The notes under the pieces are model-generated. The model was not told the origin of the DNA. It made no database searches and saw nothing but the letters and a program-made list of their open reading frames with translations. The position numbers and the translations under genes are program-made. A stretch of DNA of 64,000 nt, from the NCBI GenBank assembly GCA_904063045.1, contig CAJFCJ010000017.1:620001-684000 (forward strand). The letters run 5' to 3'. Shown here piece after piece: positions 62,708-64,000 of the stretch (position 1 is its first letter; every line of letters starts with the position of its first letter). Source of the DNA: Dimorphilus gyrociliatus (Eukaryota; Animalia; Annelida).

Positions 62708-64000
62708 ATGGGTGTTGCTGCCAGTAAAAGTGAAAAATTATGGGAAGCTTGTGGATATGGAAGAGTGGAACAAGTCAGAGAATTACTGCAATTTTCCGCA
62801 ATCCAAGTAAATTGGGTTTCTTATACTGTAAGTGTATTTTTTTTTATGATCACCTAAAGAGCAAAACACTATTATTCCTTCAATTATCAGCACAATTCAT
62901 GCCCAATACATGCGTGCTGTGCTGCTGCACCAAGTCAGAAGGAAAAAGAGATATTAGAGATGCTTATTGATAAAAGATGTAATGTTAATGCCAAAGACGA
63001 GGTATTATAGCCAACGACTTTTGTTCCGTATCTTTTAAACTCTTTGAATTTCTCATAAGAGAGGTTGTTTAGCACTTCATCATGCTTCTATGAAGGGTCA
63101 TTCTGATTTCATAGCCATTCTTGTTAAAGCCGGTTCGGAAACCGATGTTCAAGATAAGGTTTGTATGCAACATAGATTTATTGTATATAATAGTGATAGG
63201 CTTGTTCTGCTTACAGAATGGATGGACAGCATTAATGACTGCAGCCTATTGGTGCCATCCTCAAACTGTAAAAACTCTACTAGAGTTTGGAAGTGATGTT
63301 CAGTTAAAGAACAGAGAAGGTCGAACAGCTCTACACGAAGCATGTAGAAGTCGTTCTAAAAATGAACATCAAGTCGAAGAAGTGGTTCGGTATATAGTCA
63401 ATTTCGGTGCTCAAGTCGATGATAAAAGTAGTACTGAAGGAGAGGTTTGTTAAAAATAATTGTTCATTAAAAGTGATAAATAAGCCTATCAATATCCCAC
63501 ATACAATTAGGCTGACTTCACACCCTTAATGTGTGCCGCTTATCACGCTCATAACGGTGCTGTTAGGGCTTTAATTGAGGCTAGTTGTGATGTTAACGAG
63601 CAAGGAACAGTAAGATTTTATTTGTATAAAATAATTATCTAGCCACTGGAAAACGAATTTGCTTTTACTTAGAATGGATGGACTGCGCTCCACTGGGCCG
63701 CTGACAAGGGTCACAAGGATATTATTCTACAACTTCTTCAAGCTGGGATAAATACCCAACTAACCGGCAAGGTATACTTCATGATTAATGAAGCCTTGTA
63801 TATTTTTTTTCTCTTGCTTCTGAAAAAGACAATTTACGAGTCTTCTATTTGCAGTTAAACGAAAGGGCAGAAGACCGAACAGAAGACGAAGATATAAAGA
63901 GTCTAATAAGGAATTTTAAATATACACCTACTGTCCCTAAAATATGCGTTACTGGTCAAACAAATGATGCAAGAGGGAGGACAAGAGTAGAAGATTTAAA
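62708..64000 (+). CDS. Ankyrin-repeat protein with N-myristoylation motif (partial; continues beyond window)
   Basis: MGVAASKSEKLWEAC; at least 6 exon-encoded ankyrin repeats (GCLALHHAS..GH, NGWTALMTAA, EGRTALHEAC, FTPLMCAAYH, NGWTALHWAADKGH); all phase-0 GT-AG introns; frame open at 64000. Confidence 0.85.

Noticed and set aside
1-64000. CRISPR arrays, transposons, tRNA/rRNA genes
   Set aside because: No repeat-spacer arrays, transposase/RT motifs, TIR-TSD structures or tRNA cloverleafs seen.

Overview
AT-rich, very compact eukaryotic (animal, probably spiralian/annelid-like) genomic DNA. I can build 22 protein-coding genes in 64 kb (about one per 2.9 kb), mostly with 50-70 nt GT-AG introns and often in head-to-head or tail-to-tail pairs. 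In order: MESD(+), CCDC40(+), CUB-CUB-trypsin protease(-), SLC9B/NHA antiporter(-), VPS45(+), orphan LRR single-pass receptor(+), CDT1(+), CCDC178-like(+), SMNDC1/SPF30(-), RNF19(+), TRMT5(+), MTIF3(-), C2CD3(-), classical calpain(-), TMEM177(-), BOD1-like(+), PDCD2(-), ATG12(+), Aa_trans amino-acid transporter(+), CD36/SCARB receptor(-), RD3-like(+), and a myristoylation-motif ankyrin protein (+, runs off the window). The architecture resembles the miniaturised genome of the annelid Dimorphilus gyrociliatus; this is inference, not a database result. I found no CRISPR array, transposase, tRNA or rRNA. The most interesting signal is in the splicing layer: the few long introns nearly all hide frame-preserving microexon or cassette candidates (calpain 6/12/24/37 nt, CCDC40 27 nt, CCDC178 24/81 nt plus two terminal exons) or a poison-exon candidate (SMNDC1). 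Also notable are a GC-AG intron (ATG12), three stop-free 3n introns next to TM helices, a 352-codon insertion exon in C2CD3, and promoter CTCF/RFX/E2F motifs. All homology calls are from recalled family motifs and all coordinates were hand-counted, so they may be off by a few nt.
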